Position numbers and translations under genes: made by a program. Source: Octopus bimaculoides (Eukaryota). Taken from it: 64,000 nucleotides of DNA. How positions within the stretch are numbered: position 1 is the first letter of the stretch; the number at the start of each line of letters is the position of its first letter. Below, one piece after another: positions 1-13,250 of this stretch. The notes under the pieces were generated by a model, which was given only the letters and a program-made list of their open reading frames with translations, had not been told where the DNA came from and searched no databases. The stretch lies in assembly GCF_001194135.2 (NCBI RefSeq), contig NC_069000.1, positions 7,331,559-7,395,558 on the forward strand. The letters are read 5' to 3'.

Positions 1-39
1 ATGGCTTTTCTATATTCTACAATTTCTATATTATTACAG

Positions 40-237
40 GATTGTGTGAAACAGCAAGCTGTAAAATCCATTGTTATTGTTCGGAATATATCAAATGAAG
101 CAGCTTTAGAAATTGTGAATGAAGTCTTTGATAAATGCTACAATGATTTGGAACCTGTTGGCAGAATACCAAGGAAAGCTTCAAGGGATAATTATCGGGC
201 ACTTTTGGAAGGACAGTTATATGGCTATTCGGAATAA
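40..237 (+). CDS. ATP23: Mitochondrial inner membrane protease ATP23 homolog, last coding exon (gene begins upstream of window)
   Basis: Acceptor ttattacag at 38-39, phase-0 exon DCVKQQAVKSIVIVRNISNEAALEIVNEVFDKCYNDLEPVGRIPR...* resembles the recalled ATP23/XRCC6BP1 C-terminus ([43 protein letters not shown]); TAA at 235-237. Confidence 0.88.
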   Translation, partial: DCVKQQAVKSIVIVRNISNEAALEIVNEVFDKCYNDLEPVGRIPRKASRDNYRALLEGQLYGYSE

Positions 238-1425
238 CAATCAGAAAGAATTATTATTATTATTATTATTATTATTAAAATGAACATTGTGTTGAAATAT
301 TTTTATTATTATTTAATATCATTTATCACAAATATAGTTATTGATTTCTAATAAAATTCATGAACTAAGTTCAAGTTGCTTATCAAAAACTCAGGAAGTG
401 TGTGTGTGTGCGCATGTGTGCTCTTAACAAGAAGACTGACACTGCTGACTTTTTCATTTTGTTGAAGATTATAATTCAAACTGTTTAAAAACTGTAAGTT
501 TGTGTCATAGAGCCTGGAGTGGTATCAAAAGGGTTAAAATGTTTATCATAAACATGTTTGAGTGTAATGCTTTCAACAAGCATTACACTTGAAAGGATGT
601 TGGAAGCACATTTCTCAGTCTGTTACATTCTGTTGGGCCAGCTGTACATTGTCTTGACTTCCTGTTATAACTGACTGAAGAGACAATTAAAACTAATAAT
701 GTTTTAGTTATGTACAAAAATGTTCATTGTGTACAAATCATGTATCAGCTGTTAAAAAGTAGGACACTATCCAGTTTTTTGATATGTAAACCTGAAAATT
801 GTAATATTGGCATATATGCTATGGGTTTTTAATTCTGTTTTAATGTTAGAGTTAGGGAGTTGAATGCTGATTAGTTAATAGATGTGACACTCTTTAAAAA
901 CTACATATCTCTTTGCTTTGGGTTAAATGTATTTCATTTTTTTTTATACCTAGTTGAAATCACCTATATGTACTGATCACACATGTGACCTATACACCAA
1001 AAAAAAAACAACTTAAAATAGAATATTCTATATAAGTTCTCAGCTGGTAGCATTTTGGATATATGTACATTTGGATATATGTGCATGTATAGGGATGATC
1101 ACTAAGTGGACATCCCTTTTGCTAGAAGAAGACCACCTACAGTCTGACCACTAAGAAAAGATTGTTTTCAAGAAAATTCAGCAAACACCAGAACATAAGC
1201 AAGCAAGACAAATGAAAAGATACAAAATATAAAAAATTAATCATAGACTGGTTTCTTTATTAACTACTTGCATAATTACTTACGGAATTGTCTGCAACTC
1301 TTCAGTATGATCGTCCTTTGCAATATAATTTGCAGAACTATACACAAGACGTCCACATGAGATTGAACATGTATTTAGTTCTAAAAGTCTTTGTTTTTGC
1401 ACGCCAAATAGCTGGAATAATTTAA

Positions 1426-1474
<49 letters not shown>

Positions 1475-2029
1475 CATATAGATATTTACTCACACATATG
1501 TATGCATATATAAATGTGTGTGTGGTTTAGAAGTTTGCTTCATAGCCACATGCTTTAGTTCAGATAATCACTTCTGCATTTTTCTCACTTAGTAGAACAT
1601 ATTCCACTGAGGAGGTCCAATAAAACTGGAACATGACTGTTACATTCTGTTGGTCTTAAAGGCCAGATCCTCCACTCTGACGTCACTGTCTACATTCTAT
1701 AAAATTTCGAATTGGCTGATCTTTTGTATATTGCTTTTACATTTGAACACCTATACAGGGTATCATCATCTCGGAGCTTCCAAAATGAAGCTCTGACGAA
1801 GCTATAGGGTGATACACAAGCACTCAACTGAGGTGCAATCCGATGGTCAGTCATGACCGAAGAGGGGGTCAGCTCAGCATACAAACACACACACACACAC
1901 ACATGAAAAGGAGAGTGGAGATTTATTCACATCCAAAACATTTTATTAAAACAGTTTTGTACAGTATATATAACAATGACCAACATATGTTTCAACTGCA
2001 GCAATTACACTTTGCTTTGTATGCAATTA

Positions 2030-2170
2030 TACATCCAGTCACAAGGGGAGGGGGTCCAGTCGATTACATCGACCACAGTACGCAGCTTTACTTAATTTAT
2101 CGACCCCGAAAGGATGAAAGGCAAAGTCGACCTCGGCGGAATTTGAACTCAGAACGTAAAGACAGACGTC
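2030..2170 (-). mobile_element. tRNA-derived SINE fragment (abundant family A)
   Basis: tcgaccccgaaaggatgaaaggcaaagtcgacctcggcggaatttgaactcagaacgtaaagacagacg recurs near 5469-5580, 56870-57030 and 63083-63302; B-box GTTCAAATTCC on minus strand. Confidence 0.75.
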
Positions 2171-2469
2171 ATCATATATATATATCGGCACACACACGCT
2201 CAGCCTACCAAGCAGTGGTATTTAACCTCCGATACACAGAACTTGGTAAATTAAAGGAAGTTACGTGCGCAAATTCGTAGGAATGCAATTATGTTATAAT
2301 AGAAGACAGTTATTAAATCCTATTTTATGTCGATGTTGAACACCAGTATCCCCATTCCTATTACTTTAGTAAAATTCTTTTATATCAGGAATTATCAAGC
2401 CAGCCAAAATAGATTTCAATCTCTCTTATTTACAACTGACTTCTCTTTCACTTACTAAAGTACATCTTT

Positions 2470-2920
2470 TTTCAGTCACGTGCTCAGTATTGACCAATGA
2501 AAAAGCTTTACGTTGCTGAAGCTACAAGCTGGAGTGTAGTTTATTCCACACCATCCTTCTTCATTGTCCTCCCTCTCTCTTTATCTATCTATCTATCTAT
2601 TTATTTATAAACACACATACACATATGTACCACACTTCCTTCTCCATCTCACTCAATGTGTTCACTCACGCTGTCACCCTCTCACACTGCTCTTTACCTC
2701 ACTCATTCTGCTACTCTCTCTCTCACACTACCTCTTTCTCTCCCTCCCTCTCTCACTCAATCATTCACCACTCCCCTCTCACTTTGTCTTCATAAATTAT
2801 TAGTCACGGTTTCATTTCTTCGCTGTTACACCTTTATCTCTCCGCTCCGAAATTGTCAACTCAGGTAAGAAATGACACGATAATGTATAGCTGTCATTTT
2901 ATCCACGTCACTACAATTCC
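2470..2920 (+). promoter_or_regulatory. Putative DNAJB9 promoter / non-coding first exon with ER-stress elements
   Basis: GTCACGTG 2475-2482; CCAAT-N9-TTACG 2494-2512 (ERSE-like); donor CAG/GTAAGA at 2864/2865; CCACGTCA 2903-2910 (reverse UPRE); ACTACAATTCC 2910-2920 (ZNF143/SBS-type). Link to DNAJB9 is inferred from the unused acceptor at 7773-7774 just upstream of its ATG. Confidence 0.55.
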
Positions 2921-5900
2921 TACAGATTCTCCATTGCAGATCAAAAATCTTGCTAATTTCTTTGTTCTCTCCTTTTGTTTTTTTCTTCTTTACTCCCCGT
3001 TGAATTATTTTCCTGCTTTGTTTATAATTTCGTTTTGGTTCACCTACATATACATTTACCCTTATCGTCATCGACATTCCTTGCTGATCCACAACATATA
3101 TCCATACATCAAATATAGATACACACATACACATATGTGTGTGTTTTTGTGTGTATATAAATGCATGTCTGTATATATATATGTATGTGTATGCGGAAAC
3201 TAAACCTTTCTCCAGCCAACAAATAAAACATCAATGGACAAGGAACCTACTAATATATATTCAGTAGCTGATTAACACTACACACACACATGTATATGGG
3301 TGTATGTTTACGTGTATATATAAATGTAATGAGGCACAGCTATACGATTACCATTGAATGGCAGAAACGGGCATAAAGGACTGTCATTGAGAAACGTGTA
3401 TGTGTGTGTGTGTATGTACACATACGTAAATACCTACATTGATATACGAGCTCTGATACCGATTCATAGCTAATATCAAGTTCCTTTTTATTACATCATT
3501 ATTTTACATTCGACATCTTGATAGATACATTGGAGATATTTCAAACTAACAGATTCATTTTTAGTTTAAATTTCTGTGTGATTATTAAACATTTATTAAT
3601 CTTCCAATACTGTACGCACATACATACACATTTTAGTGTGTATAATATACTACGGAACTACTTGAAAAATATAACGGTATATTTATAATATATATGGTGT
3701 ATATGTATGTATAATATGTGTGTATTTAAATGTCTATAACGACTTTTTTGTAATGTAAATTTGTATGCAATTCTCCAACGAAATATAAGTCAGAAATATA
3801 ATTATTTTCGATTTTATTGGTTATGGAGACCAAACGATTAAAAGTCCTGAATTCTGAAAATAAACAAAGATTTGTGTTATCATCCATCGTTAAAGATTTC
3901 AACGCTGCCAAACAAGGAACAAGTATGTCCAAGAAATCACATTAGAATTATAGAATCACTTTAAAAATGGAAGGATGTGAAACCAATCGCATGAAAACAC
4001 GATATACATACATCATACACACTTAAAAATTTCACACACACACACAGAGGCAAGAGCTTCTTTATCAAAGAAGACACAACTGTTTCCAGTTTTATCTTTT
4101 CTGTAGACGATTTTTCTCATTTCCTCCTTTTAATCGTTTATTATTTACAATTTTAATCTCATAGTCACTGCGTCAATGATGTAATAGGGGAGGGTGTCTC
4201 ACAGCAGCCGGCATCAAACATGCTCCTCCACTTCAAACAGACACCGATGAGACGGAGAGGGATTTCTGTGTCCCCTCACACCTGCACCCAGCTGTGGCTA
4301 TCGCTGTTTCTCTCGATCCATCTCTTCCATATGTGTGTGTGTAAACATCTTTGATCAGACATTATATCAATAACTCTCCACTCTTTGTCAGTTTTGACAG
4401 TTTTATTATACTAGACTATATATCACAATATGTTGTTTGAGTGCTGCGGGGTGTCTTTTGAGGGAGATTTGGTGGTTGTTTCTACTATTTTGAATTATCA
4501 TGTTGATGTTCCTTAATTGATCTGAGTCTACGTACTCTAACACATGCAGGTATTCCGGCCCTTAGCTCCTTACATTCTGGTGATGTTGGTGTTGGGAGCT
4601 GGCTGCATCCAGGTCATGGACTCCTGAATACTCCTCCTCCTGCCATAGTCTGTACTGTTGTCTGCATTGCAGCCCTCCTGGATGGTTAAGGTGCCCCTCG
4701 TCCAAGGTGTCTTTAGTGTCGTAAACTGTTCAGTCGAAGACGCTTGTTGACTAGGCTAAATTATTCCTAAATTCACTTCCATTCCTCCTCTACCATATCC
4801 AGATGGAACTCTGGCCTAGAGTCGTCATATAGACGTTCCTTAATCGACCCAAGCGTACCAGCTCAAAGTTGACTCGCATTCAACTCGTGCAGGAACAATA
4901 CCAAAATGAATGAAACTACAGATGATGATCACCGTTGAAATGTTATTGGTCAAACGGTTCTACTGATTCAGAATAACTTGAGACTAACCACCAAGATGGA
5001 GCACTCATCGTTGTGTACTCTGAATATCTGGCTATTTTTATTGTGACATCCATGCCAATTGTTGTTGAAGCTTAGGTCAGCCCTGACCGAGCAGAACTTA
5101 TGATTAAATCTATTCCAACTGTGATCGTAGTAAAGGTATCAAGGTTATTCTATGCCTGAAGGAAAAGTACCCGAAGGTAGCGTTCTGCAATACTAAATAT
5201 ACGTTAAAGTGTCACATACATAATATAGAGAGTTGGAAAAAGAAACTTCAGTTAACTGACATTATCTTTGTAGTTTATTGACAAAGATTCCCTTTGAAGA
5301 TGTTTGAAAATCTGAAGTCAATAGGGAAGAGGGAGGACTCCAATATAGTGAATTCAAAATCTTTGTGTATGGTTGGGGGAAAAGTGAGGCAGATGAATTT
5401 GGTTTTTGAATTTATTTCAAAGGAGCTCAAACAATTCTTTCTACTATAGGCACAAAGTCTGAAATTTTGGTTAAAAGGGTGAAAGGCAAAGTTAACCTCG
5501 GTGGAATTTGAACTCGGAAAGTAAAGCTAGAAGAAATACTGCTAAACCTTTTGTCCGATTCTGCCATCACGCCGCTTTAAGGAACTCTGATAATAACTGA
5601 AACGTGTCCATAGTGTTCACCAGTTGTTTTTAAACACTGAACATCTGCATCAATTTTATATTACAAAAATCCCAGCTAATATTAACAGGTTTATTTCCCT
5701 TCTTTCTAAGATTTCAATACCTCTGAGGGAGTTTTTATCTCCTAAGCGCGTGGATAATTTCCGTTGATCGAATGTTTTCTCTAATTTAAAGGAGACTTGA
5801 CTGCTACTTCTAGCAAGGGGGAGAGGCAGCAGAAAAGTTTCTCCGTTGGATCGTCCCTTCCCAAGGTGTTAGTGTCTTTTATCAGTAAAATGTTTTGTTT

Positions 5901-7788
5901 TCATACGATGACTGACAACTGACTAGGTGGACAGTGTGTCACCTCCTTCGATGTCATCTGTCAAATCTTATGTCAGAAAAGACTTCAATTATGTCACCAC
6001 ATTTCTCAAGTACAATTCACTTTCTGATATCATTAAAATTTCTTCGTATTTTTTTTCATCCCCCCCCCCTAAAAATCACAAAGTGTTATTAAACCTTTCG
6101 ACGAGTTTTCGCATTATGTACATATAATGGTGGCCAACAAATTAGTTGACAAAGCGCTATATAATAAACCATACTCTTCATTATGTAAATCCCAACGATG
6201 CAACTACGTTCATACAGTAACATACAAACAAACAAAAAAAGGGCACGAAGTTTCATGGAAAATAAACATTGTGCCATACATGCAACTTCTCACAATCTCT
6301 TCTCTACTTCCCTGTCGTCATTTCCACAAATATAAGCCATGGGTGATCTTTATATGAAATGAAATTATAGTTTACCAGTTTTTTATGGTTCAGCACCTGT
6401 CTTCCTTTCAGTCTGCTTCTGTGTCCATTAACGAAAGACTGCCTACCTTTTATTAACCTCCTAATTCTTTTTCTCTTCTTGTCACTGAGATTCCGCTGTT
6501 TATCATTATTGTTTTAATCTCTCGGTGTAAATTACAAGTTTATGTCCCAGATATTACGTCACCACCAGAAGACGAAGCACAATATGGTACAGACTATATC
6601 GCTATCTAGTTTTATTCGATTCCTGGTCCCACTAGGATAAAAAAGCATTCCATCCATTACCAACTATCCAATTTTCTTAAAAACTTTTTAACGAATTTCT
6701 CTCAGACATTGTATTTTTTTTACAATAGGCATTGTATTTTTTTAACTCGTAAAGTACAATACGGTGGGATTTGGTTGCTATTTCTAGCAGATTTGACCAC
6801 ATAGAGACCTACTTTTTAGTTTGCTGTAAAGTATTAGCAGCATCCTGTCTGTGATCACCTAGCCATATGTCAAGAGCATGATATTACGTAGATTACACGA
6901 TCCAATTTATAATTCTTTTTTAGACAGTTGGGTGTGACATGAAATTTGACCTGTAGGTCAAGTGTCTCTGTCGAGTCACTGTAATTTGTGTTAGTATGAT
7001 GATTACTATGGTGATTCTTGCTTATCCTGAATCCATGACCATCTTCACTTTATTTTTGACAGTATATCAAGGATTAGGGTGTCCTTCCTTCTTATATGAA
7101 TAAGGTGTGATTGACAGAAACTTTGGCTGTTATTTTTAGCAGGCTGGTTGACTATTTAGAAGCTTCCTTGACTTCTAACAGAGACCGAAGACAATAGTTG
7201 ATAAGTTTGGCTCCATGGGTTGGCAGAATCGTTACAGTGTTAGTCTTATGGTTTTTATCCAATTTCATAGATTTTGAGTTCAAATCCTGTCAAAGCCAAT
7301 TTTGCCTTTTGTACCTCCTGGGTCAATGAGAATAAAGTACCAGTCATGTACTGAGGTTGACGTCAATTAACTCTCTCCTTCACGACTTTTCCTTGTGCCT
7401 CCATTAGAAAGACTTGTATTAGTGGTATTTATCTTGTCAATCCTGGTGGCACCAAAATTATATTGTTTCATTTAGGACTCACCTGTCATTGAAAGATTCA
7501 GAACAGTTTTATCTTTTTCTTGTTTCAATTACTGGACTGCATCCATGCTGGAGCATTGCCTTGAAGGATTTTCCTTAAACAAATCAACCTCAGTACTTAT
7601 TCTTTGAAGTCTGGTACTTATGCTTTAGGTCTCTTTTGCCAAACCACCAAGTTACAAGGACATAAACAAACCAACACTGTTGTCAAGCAATTTACTTCTC
7701 TGTACTGTTTAAGGAAGAACCATTAAAATCTGATTTAGCTTTTAATACCTGTTCCTTTTTTATTTTATTTTCAGATCAAAGTGTAAAA

Positions 7789-9661
7789 ATGTATTTTAAC
7801 AAAATGCTACTCTTCACTGCTCTGTCAAGCGTTCTTGTACAGGAGGTCATATCATTTGAGGCAAACAGAGATCTGTATGAAATACTTGGCACAAAACGAG
7901 GAGCTTCTCAAAAGACAATTAGGAGTGCCTTTAGAAAATTAGCCCTAAAATATCACCCAGATAAAAATAAAGATAACCCTGAGGCTGAAAAAAAATTTGT
8001 AGAAATTAGTAAAGGTAAGGATTATTCATTTATTTATTTATTTATTTTTTTTTTTTGGTTATTTACCATAACCCTCTTGCATTCAGATTACTCTGTCATA
8101 TGTTATGCTTATTTAATCTCATTGTTTCGGATTAATCATGCATTATCTCACAGCTTTGAGATGTGAACAATATGATTGTGTATTTTTAGAATGACAGTGT
8201 GAGATAGGTGTAAGAGGCTGGATCTGGCCAGTTCGAACATAAAACAGGTAGAATATTTGGGCTGGGTATGGCTGGTTTAAATGTTAAGGAGTTAAATTAA
8301 TCCTAATAACTCTGTAAGTAATCTCTCTCTCTCCTCCTCCTCCTCGCCCACTCTCTCTCTCTTCTTTCCTCTTTTATTGGATTGTAGGGGCCTTATTGAA
8401 AGCAGTCATTATGGAACGTATCCAAGACAGATTAATCTAATGGGAATTTTTTTTAAATGGTTCTTGATAAGTAGAAAGACAGAGTCCAAGTGTTATGTTG
8501 GTGAATGAGACTTTACCAATTGGTCAGGTGGCTTTTTTTCTGGTGGTGGTCAAGCTTTGTCCATGAAAGAAATTAACTCAGCTCATGATAATATCACACA
8601 GTCAGATTTATTGTGCTGAGTTGCTGCTACCTTGTGGCATCTGTTTACAGCTACAGGAGGGTCAGCAACAGGAAGGGCATCCAGCCATAGAAAATCTGGA
8701 TCAACAAATTCTGTCTAACCCATGTCAGCATAGAAAAGTGGCATTAAAATGATGACAACAATGAATAACATTATATAGTGATGTGGAAGAAGACAATATT
8801 AACTTCAATAAGAATCGATTAAAAATTGTTGTTTAAAGAAATATATACATTTTTTGTTTTGTTTTTTTTTTAAATTTGAAAATGTTTTTTTTTAATTATT
8901 TCTTCCAATTTTTCTTTTAAAGCTTATGAAATCTTGTCAAACAACGAGAAGAAGGAACGTTACGACAAATTCGGCGACACAGGTGATAGCCAGGATGACT
9001 TCTCTCATGGAACACATTCTTTTAATTTTGAAGACTTGTTTGGATCCAGCTTTGATAATTTCTTCTCATCCAGTCATCGCAGCAGTCAGAATTCCCAGGG
9101 AAGAGGTGGAGGGGGACAGTACATAAAAATTAACGACGACGATTCTTTCTTCAGATTTGATGATTTTTTTGGTGATAGTGATGACAACGATGATTTTTTC
9201 AGTTTTGATCATTTTGAAGATTTTTTTGAACAACCTCATGCTAAATATAGTGGACATATGAACAGCTTTTTTAGTTCATCGCATTCATCAGGTAAGTAAA
9301 ACAAATTTTCTTGTAAATAACAAATAACTTTTAGAAAATGTTTTAATTTAGCAGACCTGAATATAGTAAAAAAACAAAATTGTAGATAAAATTATTGGTT
9401 TAGGAGTTCAGTTATTACATAGATGGTGGAAAGGGGAAGAAAAACTGTACAAATATAATAGTAATAGATTTATCATTGTTGCTTTAACATCCATTAAAAC
9501 TGTCAGTGAAACTATTGGCATTATTTCATGCCATGTGTGCTAATTATTCAATATCTTAATCCATGTAATTTCATATTAAATTTGCTTCAGGTGGTCAGAA
9601 ATGTCGGACAGTTACCCAGAGAATCGGAAATATGATGACAACTCGGACAGAATGTTCATAA
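7789..9661 (+). CDS. DNAJB9: DnaJ homolog subfamily B member 9 (ERdj4/MDG1), 221 aa; exons 7789-8014, 8923-9291, 9591-9661
   Basis: Hydrophobic N-terminal signal, J-domain with HPD (RDLYEILG...[43 protein letters not shown]), G/F-rich region, C-terminal [20 protein letters not shown] typical of DNAJB9. Both introns GT-AG, phase 1; CDS 226+369+71=666 nt. Confidence 0.93.
8068..8295. mobile_element. TTAA-flanked MITE (piggyBac-like), degenerate copy in DNAJB9 intron
   Basis: Same body as copies at 26588, 29993, 47652, 47938 and 62529 (tagcattcagatt...tttagaatgacattg...gaacataaaacaggtagaatatttgggc...tttaaatgctaaagggttaa). Confidence 0.65.
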
Positions 9662-9699
9662 CTATAAAACACTTTTTCTATTTGGGATGAAGTATACTT

Positions 9700-10130
9700 T
9701 TAAATTTATTGACATTTGATATATATATATATAACGATTTTATATATATAAACAAACATACATACATTCAACTGAATATTTTATATATGTGTGTATTTGT
9801 ACTTTATATATATATATGATATATATATATATATATATGAATGATATGATATATATCATATATATATGATATATATCATATATATATATATATATATAAT
9901 ATATATTATATATATCATATATATATATATGATAATATTATATATATCATATGATATATATATATGATATATATATATATGATACATATGTGATATATAT
10001 GTATATATATATAAACATTTATGGGCACACACATGTATGCATGTATATGAAATATATGTGCATATATATATATGCATATATATATGCACATGTATATATG
10101 CATACACGCACACACATATATATTTGTATT
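9700..10130. repeat. Long (AT)n/(ATATG)n low-complexity tract
   Basis: Near-continuous alternating AT with CA/TG interruptions directly after the DNAJB9 stop. Confidence 0.9.
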
Positions 10131-11188
10131 TTCTTTTATTGTTTTACTGGTTTCAGTCATTGGACTGTGACTATGCTGAAATATTTTCTGAAGTGTTTAG
10201 TCAACCATAAAGATCCCCAGGACTTAGGTTTTGCTCTAAACTTCAACGATTGGCAAAACTGCTGTTTTAATTCAACACTGGTCTTGTTTCAAGCACTGGA
10301 GTTGTGTCAAGTGTAGAAATGAAGGAGGACACACACACACATAGATACATATATACACACGTGTGTATGTGTATACATATATATATATATGTATAAATTC
10401 CTTTCAACTTATCACTGAGTGTATGGTTGACTGAAGAGCTACATCTAAATGAAACTATTTCAGCTTTGTTGATCTTTCTATATCTTTTATAAATTAATGC
10501 ATTATTATATATATATATATATATATATGTGTGTATGTGTGTATTTATATACATACATATATGCACATATTAAATGTGTGCATGTGTGTATCGATCAGTG
10601 TGTTTTCTAATTTTCTTTTGAGAAATTATTTTATCTCAGTTTCAAAAAAATATGAAGTAACATTGCAAAGTTGTTTAATGGGTCAACTACTTTTTCATTC
10701 ACTGCTTTCTACAATTTATATTAAAATAAATGATGAGATGGGAGGAGGGGACAGGGCATATCGTGGTGTATAGGGACAGACAAACAGGCATTGATAAACA
10801 AACGAACCAATCTTTAAACACCATTCCCTTTTATTGGACTATAAACTTTATCTGTTGTAACGTGTGTCTTTCTATTAACCCTTTTATTAATCCCTACAGT
10901 TGTTTGCTGTCTTCAGGTGCCACAGTTATATAATGGCAGTCAACATAGAAGAGAGAGTGAGAGAACTCTGTGGAAACCAGTTCCTGTTGCTGGTTACTCC
11001 ACTTTTGTGTTACCTCATTTGGGAACGCCATGAATGCTACAACCTCACATTTCCTTTTTATTTAAATCTTCATACTTGTGTAAATAGATTTCACCAGTTA
11101 TTGAACTGGTCCTGTGTACATTATCACAATCTGCAGAGTTTGGTACTAGACTGCACAATGCTGTTTTTATAAAAACAACTACCCTGGC

Positions 11189-11230
<42 letters not shown>

Positions 11231-11451
11231 CATACATGAATGCATACATTGTATTTGTGTTGGCTGAAACTTTGTTTTGCCTCATGGCTAATTCAACCGA
11301 TCAAATCCCAATCAACACAAACTTTACAACAGGTTTGACTCTGAGTCCCCCCCCACGCCCTTCCTCCATCAGTAAATTATTTCTGTTATTCTTAAACTAA
11401 CTTTAAAATAATAACCTCAACTTCACACACACACACATATATATATATTTA

Positions 11452-11716
11452 GAAGGTTGTTTGTTATGGCCAGTCAAAGAGTGACCGTTAGTTTCACACC
11501 TATAAAGGTGCTTAGCTGTATAGGTGACTCATCAAACTCAAATGGCCCGCAGCATATAACTTCTCTACAACTGACCATGAGATTTTCCTCCCTCCAATTG
11601 AAAGGGGGTTATGTGCCTTTGGCCATTTAAGTGTGAACAAGTTGCCTATACAGCTAAGCACCTTACAGGTGTGAAACCAGTGGTCACTCTCTGACCAGCC
11701 ATAACAAACAACCTTC
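11452..11716. mobile_element. Fold-back MITE with about 85-bp inverted arms
   Basis: Left gaaggttgtttgttatggccagtcaaagagtgacc...gtttcacacctataaaggtgcttagctgtatagg pairs with right cctatacagctaagcaccttacaggtgtgaaacc...ggtcactctctgaccagccataacaaacaaccttc. Confidence 0.8.
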
Positions 11717-11787
11717 AAACTATTACTACTCTAATGTTTTAGAGTGTACTTCTTTTTTGGATATATGTACTGACACACACATACGTG

Positions 11788-11826
<39 letters not shown>

Positions 11827-12298
11827 CATATATATATATATATATACATACACACACATGTATACACACATATGTGTAAACTTGTGATGCTTGAAGATTA
11901 TTGAAAAACACAATTAGCAAAATACTGTGGAGCTAAATGAGGTAATATTGGTGTGATGAAGTTTTGTATTAAACTAGAACCACTAATTAATCTCTGGCAT
12001 AGACCATGTGCGATGATACCACAGTTTATTAGTATTGTTTCAAGGATAGAACTGCTGTGTGTTACCTGTATTTTTGGCCATCGAATTAGTGAAATTGAGA
12101 TTAAAAGAGACTGTGTGATGTTGGGGGTTTGTTACTGAATATTCTAAGATTACTAACCAATTCCTTTGCCTCACCTTGGAAATCTAAACATACAATAATT
12201 GATTCATAAATTCTTCAGTTCAGTTCTAGATTTTTTATTATGGTATCACAAATTTGATTTTTTTTTATCTTTTTTTTTTTAAACTATCAAATGTCTTT

Positions 12299-12329
<31 letters not shown>

Positions 12330-12711
12330 TCATGAGATTTTTACAAAGTTAATTACATGCTTTAACTCTGTGTAAGAAATTAACTAGAAAAATATTTGAT
12401 TTTTTTCCCCCTTATTATAATACACAAGCTTTAAATTATATTTAAAAGAACCTTCACCCAACAAAAACCAACCAGGTACTTTAGTATCTTGTTGTCTCTC
12501 CTGATGTTAATATTAAACAAATGAAAACTGAATTGAGCAGAACCATTGCTGATCAATTGATTTGTATACTGTGATAAAAGAATGTATATTTGTAAATAAA
12601 TTTTTCCAAAATCTTTATTGACTTTGCTTAATACTAATTAATATAAGATTTCAACTACTTCCTCCTTTATTGTCTCTAGCTGCAGTAGAAAGAAGTGTTG
12701 GAACCAGATGA

Positions 12712-13060
<349 letters not shown>

Positions 13061-13080
13061 ATATTTCACCAACAATAAAC

Positions 13081-13250
13081 AGGCACAGGAGTGGCTGTGT
13101 GGTAAGTAGCTTGCTTACCAACCACATGGCCTTGGGTTCAGTCCTACTGTGTGGCACCTTGGGCAAGTGTCTTCTACTATAGCTTCAGGCCGACCAAAGC
13201 CTTGTGAGTGAATTTGGTAGATGGAAACTGAAAGAAGCCTGTCATATATA
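13081..13250 (+). mobile_element. tRNA-derived SINE family B (CORE-like body)
   Basis: tRNA-like head, then caccttgggcaagtgtcttctactatagc...gccgaccaaagccttgtgagtg...gtagatggaaactgaaagaagcc; related copies near 32590-32760 (-), 45620-45700, 55820-55920 and 58620-58652. Confidence 0.7.

Noticed and set aside
1-39. ATG at position 1 as start of a 78-aa protein
   Set aside because: The first 13 codons are intron (pyrimidine-rich, ending ttacag); ATP23 similarity starts at 40.
8015-8166. C-terminal extension of the 125-aa DnaJ ORF
   Set aside because: Read-through past the G/GTAAG donor into intron and MITE sequence.
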